Below are positions 13,246 to 28,196 of a stretch of DNA of 64,000 nucleotides, piece by piece (position 1 is the stretch's first letter; every line of letters starts with the position of its first letter). The notes beneath the pieces are model-generated. The model had not been told where the DNA came from, searched no databases, and saw only the letters and a list, made by a program, of their open reading frames with translations. The position numbers and the translations under genes were made by a program. This DNA is from Mobula birostris (taxonomy: Eukaryota), in contig NC_092375.1 of NCBI RefSeq assembly GCF_030028105.1, positions 22,295,130 to 22,359,129 of the forward strand. The letters are read 5' to 3'.

Positions 13246-16200
13246 GTGAGTATCCTGTCTATAGAGTTGTTTTCATAATACACTGCCGTAGTGAAATAGA
13301 TCCCACCCACCCCTGAATGAAAAGAGTGGAGTTTTGACAACCATAGACTCAATTGGGTTTGTGCAGCGATCAAGGTTAGGAGGAGAGTGCTGGACACCAG
13401 CGTGTTGAAGGAGGAGGGGATGAATGAGAAGACATCATGGCAGAAGAGGGATCTGAGCTCTGTAGGTCAGGTGTGGGAGAAGTAGACAGAGGAATTAGGA
13501 TCAGAATTAACAATGAAAGGAAATAGCTGGGTTGGGATGGAGGCAGCTTAGTGTAGCCCACAATGAATGTGACTCAATCCAGTGTTGCACTGGCGCCACC
13601 CTGTTGTTCCAGGAGTAACTAATAAAACTGGTCTACAAATGTTACTGGATCAGATCATCAGAACATTTGTGGGAGCTTGCCATGCAAAAATTGACTGCTG
13701 TAAATTTTGCCTTCATTGATCCAGTTTGCTTTGCATTTCATTGGCTGTGCTTTGGGATGACTTGAAAGTGACATGGAAATTGTCAGAATGCAACTGGATT
13801 CTTCAGAGTATCTCCTACCATCAAGTGCAGCAACACTAATCCTGTTCTTTGCTTATGACTGAGATATCATTTCCCTTCTGTTCTACATACTGGAATGCAC
13901 CATTTCTTAACAGTTCTGTTTAAATTCAAAGCCATTATTTTTAAATAGAAAAATGAAGTTTAAGTTTCCCTCTTGCAACAGAACTAATGACCTAAATTGA
14001 TTTGTGCAACACCCTTTCTTCAGGTGCTATTCAGACTCTAAGGATACAAAATGTCAGAAAGAAAGTCCACAAATATTGGGCAGATTATTTGCCATATTTT
14101 TCAATGGGGTAAGGACAGGCAGAAGGATTATTGTCCTGATACATGACCCAGATATTGATCTCTGAGGATCCATACAGGCAAGCCACTGTAATCCAGTCAG
14201 AGATGAAGACTTGAAGTCTAAATCACCAGCTTCTCTGGCAACACTGAGAATGAGAGAGGAGGATCATGGGAAGTGTGAGTCTTGCCCTTGAGGAGAGTGG
14301 TAGGTCTGGATTGGTTCAGAGTTCAACAGGTACATCCGAACAGCAGGAATTTGGCCACAGGCCCAATTCCAGGCCTCTGTATTTAAATAAGTCCAAAGTT
14401 CAATGTATATTTATTATTAAAGTATGTGTGCAGTATACAACCCTGAAATTTGTTTTCCCCACAGACAGTCCCAAAACAAAGAAGTTCCATGGAACTAACC
14501 CGTTCAAAGAAAAGCATCGAATGTCAAACCCCCTCCTCTCACATGCATAAAAAATGGCAACAACAAAAAAATTGAAAACACAGAATATGAAACACACAAA
14601 GCACATTTCTGTGCAGTTCAGATCAGTGTTCATTATCTGCAGGCTGCCTGATTCAAAAATCACCTAATAGTAGTAGCAAAAGTTTCTATTTTATTAGAAG
14701 TAGACAGCCATCCATCTGACATTGGCACCACTTCACAGGAGGCACACACTAGTAGAGTCAGATTCGCATTGCTTTTGAAGTCTCTATTGTATGATATCCA
14801 GATGCTGAGGAAAGCTTATTCATGCAATTGTACTGTTACAGGCTTGAAAGCCAAGAGGACATTGATTGCCAACTTTTTCCTTTCTTAAAAAATTTTTACA
14901 GCCATTTTTCTCGATGGTACATTTATGCTATATCAACTGTTTATCTTTTAGGTGTGTGTTTATCTACTACAATCATAGCAGGTCCAAAAGATGCCTTTGT
15001 TTTGCTTAACGCCGATGCTGCGTTCAACTGCACAGTGTCAGTACCTTGGAGTGTTATCATCTGGTTAATGGACTCGAGACCCATCCTTACTGTTGTAGGA
15101 GAAGGACCAATTATAACAGATCCTCAATTTGGGCAACAGAATTACTCAACTGAGACCACTTTTACTTCAGAACTTATCATCTCATCAGTGACCATGAAAG
15201 AAAACATGACCGTGAGGTGCAGTATCCAAACCGACGGATATAAAGAGGCATTTTTGTTTGTACAGGGTCAGTACTAATGCTTTAAAAATTCTGAACTTCA
15301 TTCATGATTTGGAATCTGAGGTTGTTCTCTGCTGAGTAGAGATAATTAAAAGTTAAGAGACAATAGTGTAGTGGTTAACACAAGACTTTACAGAGCAGTA
15401 GAATAGGGTTGAATTCCTGTTGCTGTCTGTAAGGATTTGTTCTCCCTGTGACCATGGGGGTTTCCTCTGGGTGCTTCAGTTTCCTCCCACAGACCAAAGA
15501 CGTACCAGTTGGAATATTAATTGGCCATTGTAAATTGTCCCATGATCAGGTTAGAATCAAATTGGGAGATTGCTGGGCGATGTAGGTTGAACATCTGGAA
15601 GAGCCTATTCTGTGTTATAGTTCAGTAAACGAATAAATAATAATAAATAAATATTCAACTCCCTTTGTTCAAATTGTGAGTGTCCTCAACAGGGATGATA
15701 TGGAGGGCATCAATGATGACTATATTGGCGAGGGGATAGGAACAAAATGTTTATTTCGAGGCAGTGAATTGTTTGATCTGAAAAGCACCACCTGAAAGAG
15801 CTCTGGGGGAAGATTGTTGATGCAGGAGAAAATAGCACAGTAAAGGAAAATGATAAAAAGAGATAAATAAAAGACCAAAAGGTGTATTCAGAGAAGGTGT
15901 GAATGGTTAAATAAACATTGCAGTGTGTCCAGAAAGGCAGGCAAAGGTTGGAAATGTATAATTTTCTAATTTTGATGGTCAGTCCTCAACCTGAAATACT
16001 GCCTCCACATCCCTTTCCACTGAGTATATTTTCCCTTTTGTACTTCATTCTAATCTCTGTCATTTTCCTCTTTTTTGTTATTAAATACAAACATATGAAT
16101 ATGGAGCAGAAGATTCTCAGACTCTCCAGCCATTTTATAACATTGTGCACAGACTAACAGAAAACCACACTACGTGGGAATTCTGCATGACCAAGATTAC

Positions 16201-19200
16201 CTTTGTGGTTTTAAAAGTACCTTTGAAACATTTTAAATGGTTTACAAAATATTCTCTCTTCCTTCAACTTACTATTAATCTCTAATACAATTTTGGTTCT
16301 TGCGTTCTTAACCCTTTATAAAATATTTTGACCTCTGCTTTAAGCCTTTGCTACATCTAATGGTTACTAGTGTCAGGATGGTTGAAAGACAATTGGCAGA
16401 ATGAGCCTTGTGCCAGCCATTTGAGGTTCTGGTTTTGCGCTGTGACCAACTGCAGTCAATATTGTAAGCTGATGATCAAACCACTCTGTCATCTAATAGG
16501 ATCAGAAGCTTCGAGCAGGAGATGTGGAAGGGAAGAGAGTCAAGACAGGGGTTACAAAGGCTATCTGACAGATCAAAAGAAATGCATCTTTACGGTTTTC
16601 TGTACATTTCAACTACTGGACCGAAGGCAATTCTTTCCAGTCTCGTCCTTGGTTTCTTTTCATCTTGTGTGCTTTGATTTTTGTCTGTTTCAGTTGTTCA
16701 CACTCTTCAAGCATGCGAGGAAATGTTTTATCTTGCTTAGTCCTTTTTATTCACCTCTGCATAAAGTCACAATCATGCCTTTCCCAGAGGAGTAGATATG
16801 CAGTAGATATTTATGTTTCCAATGCTAGCTTGCATTGATGTATTATCTATAATGCAGCAAGGTGCTCAAGGAGCTTTGCGTGAATATTTTTAAGCACATG
16901 AACACTCAGCTGTACCAGAGTACATAAAGCTTGGTTAAGGAAATGAGCTAGTATTGAATTATGCTTGGAAATTTACTTTGATTCATTTTTCATTCATTGT
17001 AGACCTATAGTTCTCCACTATTTCTTGAAGGTTTATTACATCTTCTTTCATGAACATAAGCACAAAATGTGTTTTGGGACCAATTTTCTTATTGAATTTA
17101 CTTTGTGTTATAGGTATATACACTCAGTGTTTACTTTATTAGGTACAGCTCATCGTTAATGCAAATATCTAATCAGTCAATCATGTGGCAGCAACTGAAT
17201 ATACAAAAGCATGCAGACATGGTCAAGAGGTTCAGTTGTTCAGACCAAATATCAGAATGGGGAGGAAATGTGATCTAAGTGACTTTGATGGTGGAATGAT
17301 TGTTGGCACCAGACGCCGTGGTCGTAATATCTCAGTAACTGCTGATCTCATGGGACGTTCATGAGCAACAAGCAGACTTGAGTTTACAGAGAATGGTGGA
17401 TAAACAAAAAAAAATCCAGCCAGCAGCTGTTTTAAGGGCAAAAAAAATGCCTTGTTAATGAGAGAGGTCAGAGGAGAGTGGCCAGACTGGTTCAGGCTGA
17501 CATGAAGGCGACAGTAACTCAGATAACCATATATTATAAAGGTGGTGTGCAGAAGAGCATCTCTGAATGCACAACACATCGAACCTTGAAGTGGATGGTC
17601 TACAGCAGCAGAAAACCATGTATATACACTCGGTAGACACTTTGTTAGGTACCTCCTGTAACATGCGGCGGCAGGGTGGAAATATGTCTCTGCCAAAGGA
17701 GGTGTAAGGTGCTCTTTCCCTCCGTTAGCTTGAAGGCCACCCTTGGTCAAAGTGTAGCACCTGCTTAGTCACCCCATCTCCCCCCCCCCGCCCCCGATCA
17801 AGGTCACGTGAGGCCGGGGCAGCAGGTAGCGGATGGTCTGTATGAGCAGCCGGTGCATATCACAAGTCCTGGTTATGCAACCTCTGACATCAGGCAGACA
17901 ATCACCGAAGAGCATTGGCAATGGTTGGGGTCACCTGTCTTGTAAGATACTACCCAGAAAGAGGCAATGGCAAACCACTTCTGTGGAAAAATTTGTCAAG
18001 AACAAACATTGCAATGGAAAGACCATGAACGCCCCACGTAATATCACATGACACATAATAATAATAATAATAATAATAATGTGTACTTTATTGATCCGGA
18101 GTGGGAAATTCTTTCATTACAGCAACAATATTTAAAACACACACTTAGCAGTGTGCAAACTTAACTAAAAATAAAGTACAAAACAATAATATACACCTCT
18201 GTCCACTTGGATGGTCTTGAAGCTGGGTATGGCAGCACTATGATGATAATGACGATGATATACCCAATAAAGCGGTCTCTGAGAGTATATAACTTATGAG
18301 TAAACTATGTATTAGTCCTTTAAGTACTGCTAGAGCTATAACAGAGAATGCGGCCATTTGACTCATCCCACAGCGCATTCCCACTGGTTCCATTCAATTA
18401 TTCCTCTGCAGACTTGCACCTTATTCTTTTTCGCTTGCTTTCCAACTCCCCTTTCAGTTTTTTTTTGCCACTTTCTGTACCTACTCTCAGGGTAATTCAG
18501 CCTCCAAGTGCGCCTTTAGAACGTGGGTGGAAACTGGAATGTGTGTGGTCAAACCTCCAGACGAGAGTCAGTTTTGTTTTACACAAGGAGTGCTGGATGC
18601 ATGGCGTGCACTGCTCTGCATGGTGGAAGAGGCAGATACATTAGGGACATTTAAGAGATGCTTTGATAGGCACTTGGACGAAAGAAGCATAGAAGGCTAT
18701 GTGGGAGGGAAGGGTTAAATTGATCTTGGAGTAGATGAAAAAGTCTGCACGACATCCTAGGCCAAGGACGCCTGCACTGTGCTGTACTGCTCTATCTTCA
18801 GTGTTCTATATATATATTTGTTAAACTGAATGGCAAGTTCATCACTGTTAAGACAACACACAAACCAAAATCCCTGCTCTTATTCTACTCACAGTTGACG
18901 GATCTCTATATTTTGAGAAGATGATCTCATCTGTTGTGGTAAACCATGCCACGGATGTCGTCTGTAAGGCAGAAGGCTGGAATCCTGCACCGACCATTAG
19001 TTGGAAAAATAATGGAACAATGGTTGATTCGAAAATGTACAACACTACCATTCAACAGTCTTCAGAAAATCTCTACAATACCATGAGCATTTTAAACCTG
19101 ACTCTTAGTGCTAATGCCAAGATCATCTGTCTGGCTGAGATCAAAGCTCTTCCTCAGCCTAAATCTGCTGAACTATCCATCACTGTGAAACCATGTAAGT

Positions 19201-22200
19201 ATAGTGCTTTGTGCATTGGGGTGAAGAAGGGCTTATTTAATACTGTGATTTACTGTTAGTCTCAGAGATAAGAGTTATTTCAATCCTAGTCTATGGGAAG
19301 GTACTGCAGATGGATAACTGTCGTATAGGGAATGGAGTATTGCAAGGTATATCTCAACTTTGTTTCCTGGAGAATATGGTACTAGATGTATCTGCTGGTG
19401 AGAAAAAAAAACAATATTGTTTACCATACTGGCCTGGACCAAGGATGTGAAAGCCATTAATCATTCCTCGATTCTGATTAAATGTTTTGTGGGGGCACAA
19501 TAAATAAAGACAGGATTAGGTTCAAACTTCCTGACATTTATCTGCTGAGTCCTCTTCTGAGGAATGGCTTCTGAAAGGGACCACTGGTAGTTCACAAGAA
19601 TCCACAGAATGACTTTGGTGGCAAAGAAGATAATTGTATAAACTTATTTTTTAACTTTAGCCTTATTTATAGGGAAGCAGACTTAACCACATAATGTAGA
19701 GAATAGAACCATGTTTATTAAATGTACAATGCAGAAACGCTACTGGGTATGTAACCAGTAGTGATTTTTATCCTATGATGTTTGGTATTGATACCTTGAA
19801 GGATTCTAAAACCAATTTTTAATTGGTATAATTGGGAGCTGTGCACCACCAGAGGTGATGAAAGTCAGTTTAATCTATTGACTTTCTTTAAAATCAAGAG
19901 GTCATATAAAACTATCTATGTCACATCCCCATCAAATAACTATCTTCTTCCCCACTGAATTTATCACACAAGCAGCTCTCTCTCCAGTACAATGGCAATG
20001 GTGAACAGAGACAATTTTTCCAAGGTTCCTATGTTTATGCATTAGAAATTTGCAATATTAAGGTTTGTCCCCCCTTTTCCAAATTTAAAATCAATTAATG
20101 GCATTTAACAATTTGCTAGCTTTCCAATAGTGTTTAAAGCCAATACATTCTAATGAAATACAGTCATGGAGTCATAGAGAAGTACAGCACCAAAACAGGT
20201 TCTTTGGCTCATCTAGTCTGTGCCGAACCATTTAAACTGCTACTCCCATCGACTTGCCCCATAACCCTCCATACCCCTGCCATCTTCGTACCTATCCAAA
20301 CCATAGAAACTACAGCACAGAAACAGGCCTTTTGGCCCTTCTTGGCTGTGCCGAACCTTTTTCTGCCTAGTCCCATTGACCTGCACACGGACCATATCCC
20401 TCCATACACCTCCCATCCATGTATCTGTCCAATTTATTCTTAAATGTTAAAAAAGAACCCGCATTTACCACCTCGTCTGGCAGCTCATTCCATACTCCCA
20501 CCACTCTCTGTGTGAAGAAGCCCCCCCTAATGTTCCCTTTAAACTTTTCCCCCCTCACCCTTAACCCATATCCTCTGGTTTTTTTCTCCCCTTGCCTCAG
20601 TGGAAAAAGCCTGCTTGCATTCACTCTATCAATACCCATCATAATTTTATATACCTCTATCAAATCTCCCCTCTTAAATATTGAAATCAAGCTTGCATAC
20701 ACCACTTGTAGCTCATTCCACATTCTCATCACCCTCTGAGTGAAGAAGTTTACCCTCATATTCCCTTTAAACTTTTCACCTTTCATCCTTAACCCATGAC
20801 CTCTAGTCCCACCCAACCTTAGTAGTAAAAGTCTGCTTGGATTTACCGTATCGATATCCCACATATTTTTATATACTTTTATCAAATCTCCCCTCAGTGT
20901 TCCAAGAGAAAAAGTTCTAACCTATTCAATATTTCCTTATAACTCAGGTCCTTCAGCCCTGGCAACATCCTTGTAAATTTTCTCTGTACACTTTCAACCT
21001 TATTTACAACATTCCTGTAGGAAGGTGACCAAAACTGTACACACTACTCCAAATGAAGCCTCAGTGATTCTTATACAACTTCTTCCTGTACTCAATACTT
21101 TGATTAATGAAGGCCAATATGCCAAAAGCTTTCTTTATGACCCTCTCTATCTGTGACACCACTTTCAATGAATTATAGACCTGTATTCCCAGATCCCTTT
21201 TTTTTCTACAACACTTTTCAGTGCCCTACCATTTACTGTGTAAGACCTACCTTGGTTGGTCCTACCAAAGTGCAACACCTCACTCTTGTCTGCATTAAAT
21301 TCCATCTGCTATTTTTTAGCCTATTTTTCCAGCTGGTCCCAGTCCCGCTGCAAACTCTGGTAGTCTTCCTCACTGTCCTCTACACCCCCAATCTTGGTGT
21401 CATCCAAAAATTTGCTGATCCAGTTAGTCATATTATTATCCAGATCGTTGCTATAGATGACAAACAGTAATGGACCCAGTCCCGGTCCCTGCGGTACTCC
21501 ACTAATCACAGGCCTCCAGTCAGAGAGGTAACCATCAATTACGCACTCTAGTTTCTTCACAAAGCCAATGTCTAATTTAATTTACTACCTCATCTTGAAT
21601 GCCAAGCGACTGAACCTTTCTGACCAACCTTCAATGTGGGGCCTTGTCAAGTGCTTTACTAAAGTTCATGTACACAACATCCACTGCCTTGCCTTCATCA
21701 GCCTTCCTGGTAACTTCCTCAAAAAACTCTTAAGATTGGTTAGCCGTGACCTACCATGCACAAAGCCATGTTAACGATCCTTAATCAGTCCCTGTCAATC
21801 CAAGTACTCCTCTATCCAGTCCCTTAGAATACCTATCAATAATTTTCAGACTACAGATGTCAGGCTTACCAGCCTATAATTCTCTCGCTTATTTGTAGAG
21901 CCTTCCTTAAACAGCAGAACAATGTTAGCTATCCTCCTGTCCTCCATTACCTCACCTGTCGCTAAGGATGATTTAAATATCTCCGCTAGGTCCCGGCAAT
22001 TTCTTCACTTGCCTCCCATAGGGTCCGAGGGAACTCCTTGTCAGGTCCTGGGGATTTATCCACCCTAATTTACCGCAAGAGAGCAAACACCTCCTCCTCT
22101 GTAATCTGTGTTGAGTCCATGAAGTTGATGCTGTTTTGCCTCACTTCTATAGACTTTGTGTCCATCTGAGTAAATACAGATGCAAAAAAAAAATGCATTT

Positions 22201-25200
22201 AAGATCTCCCCCATCTCTTTTGGCTCCATGCATGAATTACCATTCTGATTTCCAAGAGGACCAAATTGGTCCCTTGCAACTCTTTGGTCTTAACAGATCT
22301 GTAGGATCCCTTAGGATTCTTCTTTGCCTGGTCTGCTAAGGCAACCACATACCTTCTTTTAGGAGAATTTTAGGGGAAAGTCCAATATCCCTCTGATAAA
22401 AAGTTATCAACACATTTGAGAGTTAGATCAATTAATAACTTAGCCCTTTTTAAAAAATTTGCTAATGTTATAACTTACTTTGACGGACAAATCTCGATAT
22501 CGTTGCCCTCTAAAGTAACAAAGATACTACAGTACACACACAAAATTCTTTAAGAACTCAGCAGGTCAGTCAGGGCAATGCACAGTCAATGTTTCGAGCT
22601 CAGACCCTACAGCAGAACTGTTCATTTCCCTCCATAGATGTTGCCTGACCTGCTGATTTCCTCGGTCATTTTGAGTGTGTTGCTGCAGATTTCCAGCATC
22701 TACAGAATCTCTTGTGTCATAGATACCACAGAATGTTTTACAGAGAGGCATATCCAGCTGTAGTTTCCAGTGACGAAAATAAAATAAGTATTATATTTGT
22801 ACAATGCCTTTGAAGAATTCAGACATTTCAAAGCACTTTGTAGCTATTGTTGAAATTTAGGATATTTTGGGTGTCCATTATAAGTTATTAAACTGGATAA
22901 TATTAACTCTTCCAATAGCTCAGCCTTCCTGGATTCAGTTTGATAGTCTGTGATGAGCCAACTTATGCCAGACGTGTGATAGTGAAGGTACAAGAATTGA
23001 TCTTAATTTCCTTAAATGGAAAAGTGGAAACCAGTCTGGCAATTTACTAACATGAAAGCTGTGGGTGTACACTCAGTATTCATTTTATTAGGTACTCCCT
23101 ATGCCTAATGAAGTGGCCACTGAGTTTACAGTATGTTCAGGGTCTTCTGCTGCTGTAGCCCATCCACTTCAGAATTTTATGTGTTGTGCATTCAGAAATG
23201 CTCTTCTACACACCACTGTTGTAATGTGTGGTTATTTGATTTACTGTTGCCTTCCTCTCAGCTTGAACCAGTCTAGCCTCTGTCCTCTGACCTTTCTCAT
23301 TAGCAAGATGTTTTCGCCCACAGAACTGCCATTCACTGAATATTTTAAAAAATTTTCTCATCATTCTCTATAAACTCTAGAGACTGTTGTGTGTGAAAAT
23401 CTCAGGAGATCAGCAGTTTCTGAGATACTCAAACCACCCTGTCTGGCACCAACAATCATTGCATGGCCATAGTCACTTAGATCACATTTCTTCCTCATTC
23501 TGATGTTTGGTCCAAGCAACCATTGAACCTCTTGACCATGTCTGCATGCTTTTATGCAGTGAGTTGCTGCCACATGATTGGCTGATTAGATAGTTGCATT
23601 AATGAGGTGCACAGGTGTACCTAATAAAGTGGCACTGAGTGTAGATATGTGGTGACAACAGGGCTGAATTCTACCATTGTAAACTCCAAGTCAAACAGTT
23701 TCCTAACACTTGGGCTCAGATAAAGGTGGACAAATGAGAAAGCCAGCATCTACGAACCACATCCAAGTCAGAGGCAATATTTTGGGTTAGGTAGAGAGCA
23801 AATTTGGGATTGACTTAAAGTGTATTCTCATGTTTACTGGTACTGCCTGATTATTACCCCGTTTACCCTGTTTACATTTCATCTACTTCTCTCAAAATGA
23901 TTCTATAATTAGGAAATGTTCAAAGTTCAAAGTAAATTTATTATCAAAGTGTGTATATGTTACCACATACTGCCCTGAGATTCATTTTCTTGCCAGCATT
24001 TACAGTAGAACAAAAAGATACAATATAATCAATGAAAAACTACTCTCAAACAAAGACTGACAAAAGATATGCAAAAGAAGACATGTTGTGCAAATGCAAA
24101 AGAATAATAATCAATAATAAGCAAATAAATAACACTGAGAACGTGAGTTATAGAGTCCTTGAAAGTGAGTCCGCAGGCTGTGGAATTAGCCCTGTGTTGA
24201 GGTGAGTGAGACTATCCATGCTGGATCAGGAGATTGATGGTTGAAAGGTCACAACTGTTCCTGAACCTGGTAATGTGGAACCTAAGGCTCCTGAACGACC
24301 TCCCTGAAGGCAACAGTAAGTAGAGAGCAGCACACACAAAATGCTGGAGGAACTCAGCAGGCCAGGTAGCATCTATGGAAAATGGCCTGGCTAGTGGGGG
24401 TCCTTGACGATGGATGCTGCTTTCTTGTGTCTGCACTCTTTCCACGTGTGCTCAGCAGTGGGGAATGTTCTCAAATGTGTGCTAATCCTCCGCAGTTTTG
24501 ACTTTTACAGCTGGTATGGATCAGACCTGGCTAATTATTGCCATTGTGGTGCCAATCGTTGTGGCCATCCTGCTTATCATACTCATCATTGTGATTGTTA
24601 TCTGCATAAGGCGAAGAAAGCAAGATGGTTAGTTTCAATTTTCTCTTAGTCCTTTAGAAGATGAAGAACTTATGTATGTACAGCTTTACTTTCATTTTGT
24701 TGTGCGTGCTCTTTAGATACCAAACTTTGTACTATATTTATGAATGTGCATAGTGGATTGGTATACTGTATACCCTGGGGTCTTACTACACAGCATGCCT
24801 GATGGATTTTATCTGCGCTAGCAGAGCCTTTGACAGTCGTCCTATTCAAGTGAGCTGGAGTGATCTATATTATTTGACGTTAACATAGTAAATTAATTTC
24901 TAACAATGATAGTGACAAATGAAGGCATGGGGGAGGAAAAAGCCTTGAAGAAAGAATTCTCAATTGATCCCTTTGCTAAATAGCTACCTTGAATTAGTCA
25001 AGGACAAATAGTTGCCAATGTTAGTCATTTATTTGCAGACAATATGTTCCACATATTCACTGCTCTCTGTGTAAAATAATGAAGGGTAGATTATTGTCTG
25101 AAACCCTTGATTCCAGATAACTCAGTGATTCATATCTAGGTCTGTCAAAACATGGTTTAAACTGGGTTTCAGATGTTCTCCCAAGTTGGAGCAAAAAGGA

Positions 25201-28155
25201 CTGAACTAACTTCTGTGTAGCACATTGACATGGTTATATTGTTCAAAAGCCTCAATAATGGACACTGGAATGCCTTCTCAGATGTGTTTTGTCCCTTTAT
25301 GTGGACCTTTAGCTGAACAGGCCTTTTGGCCCTTCAAGCTACGCCGCCCAGCAATCGCCGATTTAATCAGAGCCTAATAATAGGATAATTTACAATAACC
25401 AATTAACCTACTAACCAGTGCGTCTTTGGACTGAGGGAGGAAACTGGAGTATACGGAGGAAACCCACGCAGTCAATGGGAGAACGTACAAACTCCTTACA
25501 GACAGCAGCGGGAATTGAAACTGGGTCTCATGTACTGTAAAGCATTGTGCTAACCATTACACTATCATGCCATCCAAATTAATTTGCTCCTTTATAATTG
25601 CATTTTTCTTTTCTTTTTAGAAACAAGCTACCAGAATGAGTTAAAGTAAGTAGGCGTGCATTAATTTTTTTGTATGGAATGTGCGTGGAAGGTCAGGGCT
25701 TAGAGGCCTATGGGCTGAAAGCAGGAAATTGAGACTAGCTGGGAGGGCATATGGTTAGTATGGACTTGTTGAGCCAACATGAACCCAGCCATACAAACCC
25801 TCTGAGATTGCTACTCTCCTCCCATTTAAGGTGAAAAGGGAGAGATTTCACAGGAACTTGAGGGGCAATTTTATTGCCCAGAGTGGTCAGAGGAAGTTAT
25901 TGAAGCAAGAATATTCCAATCTCAGGATGAGGCTTTTCAATCCAGGACGAGGGAGATGTCCTTCTTTTTTAAAGAAAGGGGCTTCCCTTCCTCCACTATC
26001 AACCCTGCTCTCAAACGCATCTCCCCCTTTTCACGCACATCTGCTCTCACTCCATCCTCCCGCCACCCCACTAGGAATAGGGTTTCCCTGGTCCTCACCT
26101 ACTACCCCACCAGCCTCCAGGTCCAACATATTATTCTCCGTAACTTCCGCCACCTCCACGGGATCCCACCACTAAGCACATCTTTCCCTCCCCACTTCTC
26201 TCTGCTTTCCGCAGGGATCGCTCCCTACGCGACTCCCTTGTCCATTCGTCCCCCCCATCCCTCCCCACTGATCTCCCTCCTGGCACTTATCCTTGTAAGC
26301 GGAACAAGTGTTACACATGCCCTTACACTTCTTCCCTTACGACCATTCAGGGCCCCAGGCAGTCCTTCTAGGTGAGGCGACACTTCACCTGTGAGTCGGC
26401 TGGGGTGATATACTGCGTTCGGTGCTCCTGATGTGGCCTTCTATATATTGGCGAGACCCGACGCAGACTGAGAGACCGCTTTGCTGAACACCTACGCTCT
26501 GTCCGCCAGAGAAAGCAGGATCTCCCAGTAGCCACACATTTTAATTCCACATCCCATTCCCATTCTGACATGTCTATCCACGGCCTCCTGTACTGTAAAG
26601 ATGAAGCCACTCTCAGGTTGGAGGAACAACACCTTATATTCCGTCTGGGTAGCCTCCAACCTGATGGTATGAACATCGACTTCTCTAACTTCCGCTAATG
26701 CCCCACCTCCCCCTCGTACCCCATCCATTATTTATTTTTATACACACATTCTTTCTCTCACTCTCCTTTTTCTCCCTCTGTCCCTCTGACTATACCCCTT
26801 GCCCATCCTCTAGGTTTCCACCCCCCCCCCCACTTGTCTTTCTCCCTGGGCCTCCTGTCCCATGATCCTCTCATATCCCCTTTGCCAATCACCTGTCCAG
26901 CTCTTGGCTCCATCCCTCCCCCTCCTGTCTTCTCCTATCATTTTGGATCTCCCCCTCCCCCTCCCACTTTCAAATCTCTTACTAACTCTTCCTTCAGTTA
27001 GTCCTGACGAAGGGTCTCGGCCTGAAATGTCGACTGTACCTCTTCCTAGAGATGCTGCCTGGCCTGCTGTGTTCACCAGCAACTTTGATGTGTGTTGCAA
27101 GAATATTGACAACATTTAAAAGGTACCTGGACAGATGTATGGATAGGGAGAGTTTAGAGCAGGGGTGTCAAACTCATTTTAGGTCATGGGCCGGATTGGA
27201 CAAAATGCGACCTCATGCGGGCCGGATCAGTTGTGCACGCACACTCCCACAGCTTTCGTTGCCTTCGTTTTTTCAACCTGCTCTCATGTGTCTCAGTCTC
27301 TGTTATAACTACAAAGTGTTTCACTTTACAAATTTCATTTCTTATGAAGAAGATTGCCTAGCAAGCATTATTTTTATGACTGGTAATAACTTTCAGTTGT
27401 AGGCTACAAGAAAGTTGTGATATGAGAGAAAAAACAATGCTATTTTGGCGGAGATTTTTTTGGGAGCCACACCCTTTCCATTAATAAACCGTTTGAAATC
27501 GAACATTAGCAGACATAAATGTAGACCTAACGAAACAAATTGTAAATGTAGGCTACACAACTGCACCTAATTTTTATTAGCCTGCTTCCAGCAATCAAAC
27601 TCAGACAATGAACACAGTTAGCCTCTAATTTTTATTGAAGTGATCACATTTACAATAATAGAAGTCAGAAAATGAATGAATCACAATATTATGACACTCG
27701 ATATTTCATCATGCATTTTGCTTACATGTTGCAGTGCATCAAACAGTGTCACTCATTGTTCACTTGCTGCTTCCAGACACCTGACATCTCTTGGCTTTAA
27801 CCAGCCTGTCAACATCAGGGACCAGTTTCTGGGCAGTTGTGATTTTCATAATGTCATTTAGATGTCTGTGTGTCAGCTGAGAGCACAGTTTGGATTTTTT
27901 AATGTTCATTATGGAGAACGCCTGCTCACAGAGCTATGTTGTCCTGAACATGCAAATTATCTTTGAAGCAAAGTCTGTCATCTTGGGGTACATCGGTCCC
28001 AGGTACTTATAGTGTCACGTACCCCATGACAGGTTAAAGAACCAGCAGAGATGGAAAACACTTTGGAGTCCAGTATTGCTATTAACTAATGGTATTTATT
28101 AGTAACTACGCGATACAGTAATATAAATGCAGATAGATCAAACAGGTTAGCAATG

Positions 28156-28196
<41 letters not shown>

